NCBI RefSeq assembly: GCF_009914755.1
Contig: NC_060937.1
Length of the DNA stretch: 64,000 nt
Direction: 5' to 3' (one strand)
Source of the DNA: the human T2T-CHM13v2.0 reference genome, Homo sapiens
Shown here: piece after piece, positions 1 through 28,985 of the stretch
Layout of the letters: every line of letters starts with the position of its first letter
How positions within the stretch are numbered: the first letter of the stretch is position 1
The notes under the pieces: model-generated
What the model was told of the DNA's origin: nothing
Seen by the model: only the letters and a program-made list of their open reading frames with translations
Database searches by the model: none
Program-made: the position numbers and the translations under genes

Positions 1-251
1 TGAAGTGCTGGGATTATAGGTGCAGGCCACTGAGCCCAGTTAAAAGCATTTCTTTAAAAAAGAAAAAAAAGTTCTGTTTATTGGGATTTGGGGGAGGAAG
101 AGAAAGTAAATATGGGATTGGTTCATCCTAGACAGCACTCATAGTTCTAGATAATATTAGAAAGCAATAATGTTTTAATTTATATATGCAGGGAATTTCG
201 GAGTAATTTCAATCCTAGGAAAAAACTGGGAGTTAGAAATATGGGACGATT

Positions 252-624
<373 letters not shown>

Positions 625-841
625 TCAACTAGTTTTATATTAAAAAAATTAAATTCTTAAGTAGATTCGTCAGGAGTAAAGGAAAAGTCAAGATTCCCAA
701 CTTATTTGGATTTCTTTCCCCCATTACAGTGTACTCGAGGAACAAAATTTGGGCTGTTTGGCTGTCTTTTTTATTTGTTATACATAAATAAACTGATAAT
801 CAAAACCAAATATATTGAGGTTACATTTTTCTTTTCTTTCT

Positions 842-1140
<299 letters not shown>

Positions 1141-1900
1141 CAAAGGTTACATTTTTCTAGCAAAATTTGATTCAGATTTATGATGAGAGTCACCTTTATG
1201 CTTATAGATTGCCCCTTTACCCCATACTTGGTTGAACTGACAGACATTCTTCTTGCCATTATCACTGTCATACACTGTTCACATTCAGAGTAATTTGTTT
1301 TAGGCAATTCATTTCCCTTGGCAATAACATGGAGATTAATGTAATTTTGAAAATGTTTAAGTAGTCATCATCAGGACTTCGAGTTTCTGTTCAAAGATGT
1401 TTAACTTTGCATTACTTTTAATATTTTTAAATTCATTTTTAACTACAATAACTTTTATGTATTTGGAGGTATTTGGAATGAAATCAAAACGTGCTATCTA
1501 GGAGTTATAACCTAAAATATGCAGAACATAAATATACCTGATGTAGGAGTATATACATTCTGTTGAGGGGGGAGAAAGAAGTTACTTTATATTCACACAA
1601 AATCATTTTAATGCATGAAGGAGGATATGCTATTTTAAAATTTGGTCTTTCACTAATTGTAAGTAATACATTATTTTTTATATATACTGAAATTCCTGGA
1701 TGTAATCTACTGAGTTTGCTGCATATTCTTCCAGTTTTTTTTTTCTGTGTTTGTATAATTTTCTAAATTATGGGATCATAATATACTATTCTTTTATATA
1801 CTACTGTTGCAAGTTTGTCTATTTATTTCAGAGTTACCTCTATCAATCATTAACAGCAACTTAAATACCCCATTTCTAGTACATGAAAATACCATAATTT

Positions 1901-2190
1901 GCCAGTCACGATGACTCACACCTGTTGTCCCAGTACTTTGGGAGGCCGAGCTGGCTGGATCACCGGAGGTCAGGAGTTCAAGACCAGCCTGGCCAACATG
2001 GTGAAACCCCATCTCTACTAAAAATACAAAAAATAGCCAGGCATGGTGGCATATGCCTGTAATCCCAGCTACTTGGGAGGCTGAGGCAGGAGAATCACTT
2101 GAAACTGGGAGGTGGAGGTTGCAGTGAGCCATGCCACTGGACTCCAGCCTGTGCGACAGAGTGAGACTCTGTTTCAAACAAACAAAAAAA
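1901..2190 (+). mobile_element. Alu (AluS) with target-site duplication
   Basis: gaaaataccataatttg present at 1885-1901 and 2191-2207. Confidence 0.95.
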
Positions 2191-2534
2191 GAAAATACCA
2201 TAATTTGCTTAATCAACTTATGGTCACTGGATTTTTTTGTTGTTGCCAGAAAAAGAAAGCTGTAAACAATTGTGTGTGTGTATGACTATTTATGCACATG
2301 TACATATGTATATGTATTTTGTGTACTTTATACAAACAGCTTTGTAGGATAGATTCCTAGAAGTGGAGTTGCTGAAATCAAAAGATGTGAATAATGTAGA
2401 TATGGATAGATATTTATACGTTTTCCTTCCAAAAGGTTGTTGTACCAATTTGTAAAGCTACCAATAGTATTCACATATGCCCCATACCCTGGCTAATACT
2501 AGATATTACAGTTTAAAACATTTTGACAATTTAG

Positions 2535-3445
<911 letters not shown>

Positions 3446-5929
3446 TTATTCACTTTTTTCGTACGTGTGCACATATCCCCCTAGCTATTCTTTTGTAATG
3501 TTATGCAGTCAGATAAATCCAAACCCAGCACTGTGCTGCTGTGGGACCTTGGGCACATTATTTAACCTCCGTACACCTTAATTTCCTTATTTGTACAATG
3601 GAGATAATGTAAATAGCATTAGGCATAATGGCTGGCACAAAGTAAGTAAATAATAAATGTTAGTTGTGACTGTTATTAATTTATTTATGTGACTTTTGTG
3701 TTTTGTGCTCTACTTAAGACTTTCCTTGCTCCAAAATGTAAAATATTCACCTAGCTACTAAACTAGAAAAACAAAGTGAGGAACATTATATGCCTCTATG
3801 TGTCTTTGCTTTAAAGATGAAAAACAATGTATACATTTTTGCTTGTATATCACAGGATATATGATACTTGGAAACATTGGTTGTCATAGTAGGAAGAATG
3901 AGTGAGAGGAAGACTTTTTAACTGCATGTGTTTTTGTATTTTTAAAACAAAGAAGTCCCCAGATTGTATTTAATACTTCAATGGTTTCTTTATTTTCCTT
4001 TTCCTTCTCTTTTTAAAACTTCTAATTCTTTGATCCGTCTGGAATTTATTTCTGGTATAAGAAGTGAGACATATTTTGGGGGATAAAATTGTGTGTGAAT
4101 TCTACCCCATCTAGCTAGTTGTGTCAGCACCATTTAGTGAATAATCTGTTTTTTGCCCCCCTATTAGAATTGCAGCTTTTGTCATTTACTAAATGTGTTT
4201 GGGACTATTTCTGATTGGTCTTGTTATTTTGGTCTCTTGTGTATTACCATACACTTTAAATTACTATCATTTTATAATTTTAATACAGATGGGGTTAATT
4301 ACCTGTTCATTTCTCTTTTTTTTTCAGACTTTGACAATTCTGGTCTATGTGTTCTTCTAGATGAACTTTAGAATCATTCTGTGACATTCAAAAAGAAATC
4401 ATAGAGATTTTTATTGAATACTGAATATTGATTGGGAATACTGAAATTGGAGGTGAAGTTTGGGGAAATTGACATCTTTATGTACTTTCTGTCCTGTGTT
4501 CTAACAGATTTTTATGTGTCTCAGTAGATTTTCAAACTTTGCTTCAAATAAGTCCTGTACAAATAAGTCTTGTATATTTCTTGTTTATTTATTTTAAAAA
4601 ACATCAGACCCATGAATGGGAGTTTGTTTATTTTATCCAACAAATATTATAGAGAATCAAACAGGTAGTTTTTATTCTAGTGAGAGAAGACAGAATATAC
4701 TCAATAAAATGAAGTACGTAATCCATTTCAAATTATGATAAACCTATAAATGAACCAAAAGGGTGATGCGATTGAGAGTAACTAGTGGGAGCTTACCTTA
4801 TATGTAGGGTGGTTGGAAAGACTCTTCTGAGATGACATTTGAACTGAGACCTTAAGTTTGAGGAGGAGCTAGCCACCTGAATGAGCCAGGAACAGCGTTC
4901 CTGGAAGAGAGTAAAGAAGGACAAAGGCCCAGCTAGGAAGGACCTGGCAGAGAAGGGCTCCTGAAGAAACTGAAAGGAAACTCATGTTGCTGGGGCCTAA
5001 TGAGCAATCTGGAAAGTAAGCAGGCCAAATCTAGTAGGGCCTTGGGTCATCGTAAGTAGTTTAGATATGCAGTGCGTAGGAAATCCTTGGGGAATCTGAA
5101 GCAGAAGAGTGGCGTGTTCTGATTTAAGGTTTAAAAAGAACACTTGGCTTTTTGAGTTGAGAAAGTATTGAAGTGGGAAGCCCAGTTAGGAGTTTTTGCA
5201 GCAAGAGGTAAGGATGGTGGTAGTTAGATGGAGAGGCCAGGGAAGCTTCAGAGTCTGTGTGTGTGTGAGTGTGCATATGTGTGTGCGTGTGTGTAAGGAA
5301 CAGCTAAACAACTTGCTGTTGGAGTGGGTGCTACTGAGAGCTAAGTACTGCTAGCTGCTGCAGAGGCCGTGTAGAGCAGAACAGAGCTGATCTTTGCCTT
5401 CACAGGTGTTTGACAGTTCTGTTCGTTTCTGAGGTGTGTACCAAAATAAAGTAGGCTAAGAGCATTTGACTTTAAGATTTGTGGAGCTCGGGGGTGTTGA
5501 GGGGGATGCAGCAAAAAACAGAGTCTGTTAATAACCCTTGTTTTATATTGCTTAATAACCTGTAGTCTCTGTTAGTGGGTCAAAGGAGAGGCAGCAGCAG
5601 ATGATCTTTAAGGTATCTGTCTTTGAGTTAGAAAAACATAGCTTGAGGAAGTTATGTAGCTTCCCTACAGACTTACAGCTAATAGTAGAACCAGACTTTT
5701 AGGTGAGCTCATGCACACATCAAGTCTTAGCACACTGCCTAGTATATGTCTAGAGCTCAATAAATGGTAACTTTTAGTAATACCCACTTAGATATTGTTA
5801 TATCTATTAATTCAGGCCAAATATCTACATTAAAATTTTTCTTATCTCAATTTCTTTGTTCTTTTGTGTTAATCAGGGAGGGAATTGGCATGTAGTCATC
5901 CATTTTGTTTGTGAAATATATTTGTTCTT

Positions 5930-6428
<499 letters not shown>

Positions 6429-6581
6429 TTCTTTCAATATCATACTTTATTAGAGGTAGGATAGGTTAACTAAAAAGCTTTTTCCTTAGCTTCCATTTGT
6501 TTCTCTGTCTTTAAGTAAGATGTCATGATGTCAAAAGAGGCTGCAAATAAAATACCTTGTCAGTGGCATTCCCCCAGGTTA

Positions 6582-6609
6582 GATCTTAACCAAAAGGCTG
6601 AGAAGCAGT
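6582..6609 (-). pseudogene. 3'-truncated U2 snRNA retro-fragment
   Basis: Reverse complement actgcttctcagccttttggttaagatc matches the U2 5' end ATCGCTTCTCGGCCTTTTGGCTAAGATC at 24/28. Confidence 0.7.
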
Positions 6610-7114
6610 AGCTTTTTTCCCCCCAAAGGGAAGAATGCTTAGGTTATTTTACAGGAGAAAATCCATTCCAGTATAGCACCACTCTGGTCTTGTACAAATT
6701 ACATAATTCACTTAGATAATTTCTAGTCTTTCCTCTCCTGGATGGTGGACTCTGTAATAAGTTTAGGAGGTCGGCTTTCTTTAAATTATCCCCAGGTTGG
6801 AGGATTTTAGGTGTCGGGATGCCCAGGGTGGTTGTCCTTCTTAGCCTTGTCTTACCTAACATACTTTTAGAATTGGTCTAGAGCTGGACAGCTTTGTGGG
6901 AACTGGAGTGACCTAATTTGCTTCAGTTTAATAACTAATATTTTAGCATTTAAATGTCATAGAGGCATTGCCCTATCCCATACTTTTGTATCAGGAGGTT
7001 TCATTATTTTATCAGTTAAAAATTGCATATTTTGTAGGATCCTTTTTCTGCTTTGGTGAAATGTAGGCTTCACCTCTATTGTGATGCTTGGTGGATTCAT
7101 TCTTGCTCATCTGA

Positions 7115-12512
<5,398 letters not shown>

Positions 12513-13008
12513 TAACAAATATCCATCTACCTACCATCTGTGATTACAAAACTTAGTATTTTATCATCCTTGCTTCACAATTATTTAATAAAGACAATAC
12601 TTCCTCTGCACAAATGCTTACCTTAAAACTACTCTTGAATTCTTTTCACAATTGACTTATCAACTCCCAAATTTAAAACCATGTATTTTTGTCTTTATAT
12701 GCCTTAGACATTTATAGAAAGGTATTTACTGAGCAGTTACTATGTGCCAGATATTATGCTGTTTTTATATACTGTTTTTACTTTATATAGCTAATTATAT
12801 TATTTGTCACATATTAACCTATTTTAAATATAAAAAGAAATGATGCATTAATGTTTTCAAACCTTGGTAACTTTTATTAAGTAAATACCTGAGAGGAAGC
12901 TTTTCCTGGTAATTGTGGTTTTATTTATGTATCTATAGTTATAATTTATTAGAAGTACACTTGGTGTTTTAGTTCTTATTAATTCTATTTTTTTCCCATC
13001 CTGTTTAG

Positions 13009-13186
13009 ATGGTTTCCTAGAAACATGATTGTTTATTGGCGTTGATCTCGCAGTCTGGTGAGAACTTCTTTACTGATAATGTCAAGTTCAGTTTATCCTC
13101 CCAACCAAGGAGCATTCAGCACAGAACAAAGTCGTTCTCCTCCTCACTCTGTAAAGTATACGTTTCCCAGCACCCACCACCAGCAG
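13009..13186 (+). pseudogene. NCOR1P: NCOR1 unprocessed pseudogene, start-codon exon (70 nt UTR + 108 nt CDS, ATG at 13079)
   Basis: Translates MSSSVYPPNQGAFSTEQSRSPPHSVKYTFPSTHHQQ versus NCOR1 MSSSGYPPNQGAFSTEQSRYPPHSVQYTFPNTRHQQ; flanked by polypyrimidine/ctgtttAG acceptor and CAG|GTAAGG donor. Confidence 0.96.
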
Positions 13187-14110
13187 GTAAGGAACAAATA
13201 CTATGCAAATTGCACGTTTTTTTGTTTTTCTTTACTTTTCCTATTTAATACACATGTTGGTAGAAACCACCAAATTTGCCTTTTTTTTTAAGTGGCAAGA
13301 GCTATTTACAAAGACAAGGAACCAAAGGTTGGGAATTAATTATTTCTGTCTTCTTACTGTGGCTTTATGCCGATTTCAGGAGTTGAACTTGTCTTTGTTT
13401 TGATGACAGGAGTTGATGATAAATAGAAAACTTATCAATTCTCTAGAATTTCTAGGGTAAGACCTATATTTATACTCCCAAGTTGTGGTTGAGTTTTAAG
13501 CTGGCTAGATAACTTGGCATGTCTTGAGTGATGGCCAGGATAAAGACCTCTGTCTTCTTGAGAGATTGATGGTAGGAAGATTTGCATAGTAGGTAGGAAG
13601 GAAGGAAGGGATGGTAGATAGGAAGGAAGACTTTATTATAGGAAGAGTTTGTAAGAGATTGATTTACCTTGTGAAAAATAAAGTATGAGGTGAAATAATC
13701 ATCTCAGAGTAGACCAAAGTTATGGATGTAAGAGGTTTAAAGAAAAATAGGAAAGGATGGGATAAAACGGTCATCTCAGAGACTAAGAAAGCAGATTTGT
13801 CATCAAAATGTACTACGGGGTCCTACTGAGGACTCCTTTGAAGTGTAGTCATGATTACAGAGTTAGAATGGACATTCCTATGATGTTCCTGTGTAGGGAG
13901 GCATTTAGTCTTTTACCATTACATGTAACGTTAGTTGCACATTTTTGTTGATGCCTTTTTTGGTTGAAGAGGTTGCTTTCTGTTCCTAGTTTGAGAATTT
14001 CTGTCATGATTGGTGTTGAATTTTGCTTGTGTTGTCCCCCTACCCCAGTGTTATTCATCTGATTACCAATTTTCCGGATTATTTTTGCTGCTGGTTTTTT
14101 CATAAAATCA

Positions 14111-14403
<293 letters not shown>

Positions 14404-14979
14404 CAAAATTAACTTTGCAGTTTAGTTTATATATATATACACATATATCTATATTAGAATGCACTCATTATATGTGTACATTGTAACAAATTTTGACAAA
14501 TTCATAAACTCATAGAACCATCACCAAAATGAAGATGAACAACATTTCTAACACTCCAGCACGTTCCTTGGCACCCCATCCTCCTTGGCACCCACCCGTG
14601 TCAGTCCTCCTCCCCCAATTCCTACTAACCTCAGCTCCTAGGAAACCACTGATCTGCTTTCTGTCATAAAACATTGTATACATTCTGAGCTTCATAGGAA
14701 CTCTTTTGTCTATGACCTCTTTTGCTTCCCATAATACTTCTGTGATCTATCCATGTCTGGCATGTCTCAGTTCATTCCTTTTTATTGTTGAGTATGGGTA
14801 TACCACAATTTGTTTATCCAGTCACCTATTCCAGTTTTTGATTATTATAGATAAAATTACTTAGAAAACATATATCTATATATTGTATCTAGATTATTAA
14901 AAGAAGTTTTGCCTCATTTTCTTAACAGTATCCTTTGGAGAGCATACATTTTTTATTTTTATCAAGTCCGATGTAGTTT

Positions 14980-17898
<2,919 letters not shown>

Positions 17899-19297
17899 AA
17901 CATATTCTAATACTTTTCCCAGAGTCTTTTTGTTTCAATTTTTCTTTTTTTTAAGCATACTGAAATTTAAAATGTTTTTACTGCCATCAAATATTTTTTC
18001 TATGTTTGTTAACCTTTATGCCTGATTGCCCTTTCTTCCCTGATATCAGATAAATAAGTACCCACACATTTTCTTTGAGTTTTCATGCAATGAAGAGTAA
18101 TTTAAAAGATAATAAATGTATCTACAATTTATTTTCAAATAGTTCAGCCAAAATGAAGTTTTATAAACATACACAGACACACACAGAAAGTAAATATGTT
18201 AAAATGTTAACTACTGGTGAATCTAGATGAAGGATAAATGAGTGTCCATTATACTGTTCCTTCAACTTTTAAGTGAATTTGAAATTTTTCAAAATAGTAA
18301 GTTGGATGGGGAAATGTTCTTTGCCATAAGCTAGAAATTAGCTAAGCTTCTAGGTGTTTTGTGACCCACCTTATCATTTGAAATATCCTTATCCTACAGT
18401 AGTCTGTGGGGTTTATAAGAAGTGTTCTGCTGCATTAAAAAAAAGAAATTTAAAAATATAGTGAATAAAGGTCATCTTCCATGGCTGAATACATTACCAA
18501 AAATGTAATTTATAGAATTTCGTTTTTTAGCAGACAAGTGTCTTAAAAACTCATTCATTAAAATGAGATGTGTTGTGTGGTAATGTGACCCATTTCCATG
18601 TTATAGTTGAGAAACTGGGTGTTCAGAAAAATTAAGTGACCTAGGTAGTACCTCCTGAGCTGGAATTAACCCAGGACCCCTGACTCTAGTCCTGCTTTTT
18701 TTCCTCTAAAGTGTAAACCATGACTACTACTACTAACTAATACTTCTCTTTCCATCTCCCTCTCCCCATTCTCTCCCAACTGCCCACCTCCAGAAGTAAG
18801 TATTTAAAAAGAACTAACATTTGTTAGATTTTTTTTAAATGTTAAGCCTAGGTATATCATTTATAGAAGAATTAAATAAGCTTGAAAGAAAAAATTACCT
18901 GCAGTTTTACCAGTTAAAAGTTATTAACATTTTCATGTTGATTTTTCCCTATTTGTGTGTGTATTATTTTAATTTTAGTTTAATTTAATTTTATGGGTTT
19001 TTGTTTTTTGTTTTTTGTTTTTTTTTGCTGCTGCTCCTTGTGTAACAGGGCTAACCCATAGGCAGTGTGTCCAGAGTCGGCCCGTATGAATGTTTTAATG
19101 TGCTCACTTTGTACATTCTGTTTAACTTTACTTTTGCTTAAATACGTGCTTAACTTCTTTTTGTGTCAATAAGTTTACAACTGTATTGTTAGTGGCTACT
19201 TAGTATTCCACATATGAATAAATAAAGTTATTTATTTAATCAATTTTCATACATTTAGGTTACCTGTTTGTTCAGAAGTATGGTGTTGTGACATGCA

Positions 19298-21919
<2,622 letters not shown>

Positions 21920-23144
21920 ACTGATATTTTATTTAGATGAAACATACTGGTTTATTTTGGAAGCCAATGACCTCACGGATTTACATCTTAAGAGAGGAAT
22001 CATAAACTCTAGGGCTTAAAGCTGCCAAAGATTGATTGTATGCCAGATGCAAAGGATACTGGAGCTTTAACTCTATTAAGTCTATTAGAATTGTTATTGC
22101 TTTTATTGGTGCTTTCCTTACAGAACTGTACAGGTTTTAGGGTATAGCCATAATCTTATTTTCCCAGAAGGCCTCTCAGATTCAGTGCATACTATTACAG
22201 AATATGAGGCTTTTCATCAGTGTATATTAGCTGAAATATCTGTACTACGGTGTTTTGAAGCAACTGTCCAGTTATCTCCTGTAGGCATTCTTGGCTCAGA
22301 ACTATTGACTTTTCACAGTTCCTTAATCATTATTTAATACATTTTAGGGTTCTGTAATCCTGTGAACTACCCTCATTGTAGGTTTCTGATAGTCTAAGTA
22401 AAATTAGTGCTCTAAACTTTATGTTTTATAATATTGCTTATATCTTTACAGCAGACTGGAAATTAATAGGGTGTGTGTGGATGTGTGTTGGAGTGGATTT
22501 TGGGTGAAGGGGCTTTCATTCTGCTACAGCTCTGCTGATTTGGAGGTGCAGTGGGATGTTTTTGGCTAAGGAAATGTTACGTATGCTGTAGTGTGGGCTT
22601 TATGGAAGTAGGCCCAGAGATAGTAGCAGCTGAAGTTCCTAGGTCACTTCTCTGACTCGTGTACCTCAGTTTTGGTTTGGAAAGCCTGAAAACTTCTGAT
22701 AGGAACACTTGGCCATGTTATAGTTGTTAAGTTGGGTGGACACACAGGTTTTACCTGGAATAATACTATTTCCCAGCCAGTGGTTCAGACCATTTGAAGA
22801 GCCATTGCAAGGAAATGGCTGAGAAGTTGGTATCTTCGTCATGATTGCATTATTTACCTATAAATTCTCTATAATTTCAGTATTGTTACACTAGAGGCTG
22901 ATCAGCACTAACTCACCTGACTTTGTATAGCTTTTAGGCTCTTCAGAATAGTACATGGTATATCTAAACTATAAAAGTGAGGTGAGAATTTGCATATATG
23001 TAAATATGAAAGTTACTGCTAAAGTTTCATTAGACACATATTACACATGGCTCTGCTGTGGTTTAAAACTGACTGTTTCATTTAAGGCAATCTGGACTCT
23101 ATTAGTGAGAAATGAATTGTTTTTCTTGGTTTTATTCTCTAAAG

Positions 23145-23327
23145 GATCCAGCATTCGGAGGCAAACATGAAGCTCCATCCTCTCCAATTTCGGGGCAACC
23201 ATGTGGAGATGATCAAAATGCTTTACCTTCAAAACTTTCAAACGAAGAGTTAATACAAAGTATGGATCGTGTAGATTGAAAAATTGCAAAAGTAGAACAG
23301 CAGATCCTTAAACTGAAAAAGAAACAA
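23145..23327 (+). pseudogene. NCOR1P: NCOR1 unprocessed pseudogene, 183-nt exon (NCOR1 aa 146-206 equivalent) with premature TGA at 23277-23279
   Basis: Translates DPAFGGKHEAPSSPISGQPCGDDQNALPSKLSNEELIQSMDRVD*KIAKVEQQILKLKKKQ; ttctctaaAG acceptor and CAA|GTAAAA donor intact; no later NCOR1 exon recognisable in the window. Confidence 0.96.
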
Positions 23328-24000
23328 GTAAAAGTCTTTGCCTAATATATTCTAAGAGTGTATGTTTTTCTCCCTACAGAAGATAATTTTGAGTTTTCCA
23401 TATTTTGAAACTTTACATAAAAGGAATCATGCCTTACGTATTCTGACTTGCTGTTTTTTGCTACTATTGTGGTTTTCTTACATTCATTCATTTTCCTTGC
23501 TGCACTGTCTGATTATATGATTGCAGAGAGTGAAATTTGTTTTTCCATTCTATTTTTGATTTTTTTTTGATAATCCATACAATGGTGCTGGTTTTTGGTT
23601 CACATGTAGAGATTTTCCAGGGCATGTGCCCAGGATTGGCAGTGCTTGGCCCAAGATTATGCACAGTGAACTATTTAATAGATGATACCAAATTTGCTAA
23701 GAAGTAACACCATTTTATATTCCCACTGGCAGCTTATGTGGGTACTTATTTGTGCACATTCTTGCCTTTACTTGATATCATTTTTTCAGTTGGATATGAA
23801 ATAGTCTTGTGTGGTTTGGAAGGAGGCTGAGCTTATTTTCATTTGTTTATGAGTTATTTGGGTTCCTTATGTGCATTGTTCAAGTCTTTTGTCTATAGTC
23901 TCCTATTTCATCATTGAAACTTTTAGGATTTCCTGAAGTCCCTTGTCAGATATGTGTATAGAAGATTTGCCTAGTTTGAGGCCTGTCACTTCACTTTTAG

Positions 24001-26260
<2,260 letters not shown>

Positions 26261-26665
26261 TCTTTTCTTTTTTCTTTTGTCTTTATTTTCTTTACTTGTA
26301 CAATGGTAATCTAGTAATAACACCAACTAAATCACATGATTGTTTTATGAATTGAGATAATGAATATATTGCATAATATGTGGTACATAGTAAATGTATA
26401 TGCAATCCATTATAATAATAGAAATAATGAAATATAATGTATGATTATTATGAAATATACCAGAGCCACAAATTTTATTGAGCGATACAAAGGACAACTA
26501 GAGAAAACAAAGAAATATGCCATAGCTGGATGGAAAGAGTAATAATAATGTTGTGTGTTCATCTTGGACTAAATCATGTCTCATATAATTTCAATAAAAT
26601 TCCAATTAAATTCATTTTTAGAACATGGCAAATATATTGTAAAGTTAATGTAAAAGAACAAACAG

Positions 26666-26980
26666 GGCCAGGCTCAGTGGCTCAACCTGTAATCCCAGCA
26701 CTTTAGGAGGCTGAGGCGGGCATATCACGAGGTCAGGAGATCGAGACCATCCTGGCTAACACGGTGAAACCCCATCTCTACTATAATACAAAAAATTAGC
26801 CAGGCATTGTTGCAGGCGCCTGTAGTCCCCGCTACTCAGGAGTCTGAGGCAGGAGAATGGCGTGAACCCAGGAGGAGGAGCTTGTGGTGAGTGGAGATCA
26901 CGCCACTGCACTCAAGCTTGGGCGACAGGGCGAGATTCCATCTCAAAAATAAAATAAAATAAAATAAAAAAAGAAAAAGA
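26666..26980 (+). mobile_element. AluY at the junction between the AT-rich and GC-balanced blocks
   Basis: gaggtcaggagatcgagaccatcctggctaacacggtg and agaatggcgtgaacc diagnostics; no matching TSD. Confidence 0.93.
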
Positions 26981-27599
26981 ATTTGTGTCTTGTTTCCTCA
27001 TTAATGTTGGTTGAAAGCATGTTGACACTTGTCTTTGACTTGTGTTTTATTAACATCGATTGGTATATTAAAAGTTCCTCTGAGCTTACCTTCTCTAAAA
27101 AAATATAAGAAAAAGGGCCTGTGTGAAGGACTATGAGGCAGAGGGGCTGGTGTGAGCACATGCTGGGCAGGAGGAAAGAGGTAATGACCAGGACCAGGGA
27201 AATCCCCAAACCCAGCAAGTCAGGGAGCCAAATGAAAGCCTTTCATCCTGTATCGGCCACCTAACCCCATCGACACTCCAAGTGAACATTCTCTTTTAGA
27301 GATACTCATTGTCCTGTTTCTTCTGTAATCTTGTAAAGGAATCTGATTTCTCCCATTAGCCTTTCACAGGACTAAAATTTCACATTAGAATGCTATTGTT
27401 TAGAAGGCATCTTCTTAGATTAGGCTGCAAGGAGATTGAGGAAGTTACTGTCAGTCACTTATACCCCACAGGGACATTAATTCACCAGAGCTTTGGTGGG
27501 GGAGTAGAGGAGCTCATTACAAGCAGGTCTGGATGCTGCACAGAGTGTAAAGGGGGCAGAAGGATCCAGGACACCTAGGCCTGCAGATAGCGCCAATGC

Positions 27600-27970
27600 T
27601 GGGAGGTACTGTTATTATCCCCATTTTACAGAGGAGGAAACAGACACAGGCAGGTAATGTTATCAAGACCACGCTGCCCCACAGTACAGGAGCCAGGATC
27701 TAAGCACAGGCAGCCTGCCTTGCCATCAGAGCTCTCACCCATAACCCTGTGCTGCAGTTAAGCAGCATTGCCCTGTGGCCAGGGGGCACAGCTTCTGGGT
27801 TCACGTTCCAGCTTCTCTACCATTTCCAGCTGTGTGATCTTGGGCAAGTTACTTGTCTGTGCTCAGTGTCCTCTGCATAGTGGGTGTAGCAATACGTGCC
27901 TCATGGAGTCCCTTAAGTGAGTTAATAGCTGTAACATGCTTAGAATGGTGCCATGCGCATCATCACCATC
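27600..27970. mobile_element. MIR fragments (further MIR/L2 remnants scattered at ~3520, 4600-5230, 29420-29850, 35030-35180, 39000, 52790-53000)
   Basis: attatccccattttacagaggaggaaacaga and gctgtgtgatcttgggcaagttactt MIR core motifs. Confidence 0.75.
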
Positions 27971-28541
27971 CACTGTATATGGGCCATCATGCCTGAATTC
28001 CAGATGGACACATATCCTTGAAGGGTCTAAAATCTAGGATCCTGAAATGCCTGGCAGTGGGATCCTGAAATCCTCTGGCAGCATTTTAACATATTTTGGC
28101 TGCAGAATTGTACCCTGCTTCCTGGGGCTAGAAGGTGTGGGATCAGCTGCTTACTCAGTTCAACCCCAAAGTAGGCAAAGAAGGTTTTGTCACAGGCTTC
28201 CCTGGGGCCAGCCCCTGTAACCTCCCCTTGTCCCTCCCTTGCATGCTTCCTCACCCATATTCACACATGAACTCCAGGCCTTCTGGGCCCCAAGGGAAGG
28301 AGAGAAGGTGGGGAGTGGGTTCACTGGTCCACCGAAGCATGCTGCCTCCAGCCCTGCTGCACTGGTGGGTCCAGGGAATGGGCCTGGAGCTGAAGGGCTC
28401 TTGCCCTCCCTTTAACTTTAAACCTTGATTTGCAGTGATCCAAGAGCTTCATCTCTTCCTGTGAGCCTGTCTGGATGTTTATGCTGGATGGCTTGGGCCC
28501 CTTCTTTCAGGGGTGCACAGGCAAGGGCCTGACCGGCAGCC

Positions 28542-28724
28542 ATGGCAGATGAGGAGACTTTGGCAGATGAGAAGACCTTCTACTTCAGCTTCAATGTATG
28601 GGTCTTCTCCTGGCTCTCAGTACATTCCTCCTGAGTCATGATGGGCTCCAGTTCAGTGAAACTCTGTGGCAGCATCATGGTGTCCAGGGGTTTAATCTGG
28701 GGCATGTGCCAGTGCTACCCCAAG
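28542..28724 (+). pseudogene. BSNDP: Barttin (BSND) pseudogene, first coding exon, frameshifted
   Basis: gcagccATGG Kozak context; across frameshifts reads MADEETLADEKTFYFSFNV/GLLLALSTFLLSHDGLQ.../GSIMVSRGLIWGMCQCYPK|gtatgt, matching barttin [29 protein letters not shown]...GSVMVIGGIIWSMCQCYPK and its exon-1 donor. Confidence 0.9.
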
Positions 28725-28859
28725 GTATGTGGTTGTGGGTGTGAGTGGAGCCAGAAGGGCTGGATCTTGTTCCTCTCTTCCATGTATCAGCCCCATCCTT
28801 CAATCATCTTGTTATTTTCATTTTGACTCCCTGTTTTATTCGGTATTCTCTTCTGAGCA

Positions 28860-28985
28860 CCCGTCCATTCATTTATCCATTCATCCATCTATTCATCCAT
28901 CCATTCATCCCAGCATCAATCTATCAATCCATGCATCCATCCATTTATTTGTCCAACCACCCATCCATCTATCTGTCCATCATTT
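28860..28985. repeat. (CCAT/TCCA)n microsatellite
   Basis: ccatccatccattcatcc... degenerate tetramer run. Confidence 0.9.
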
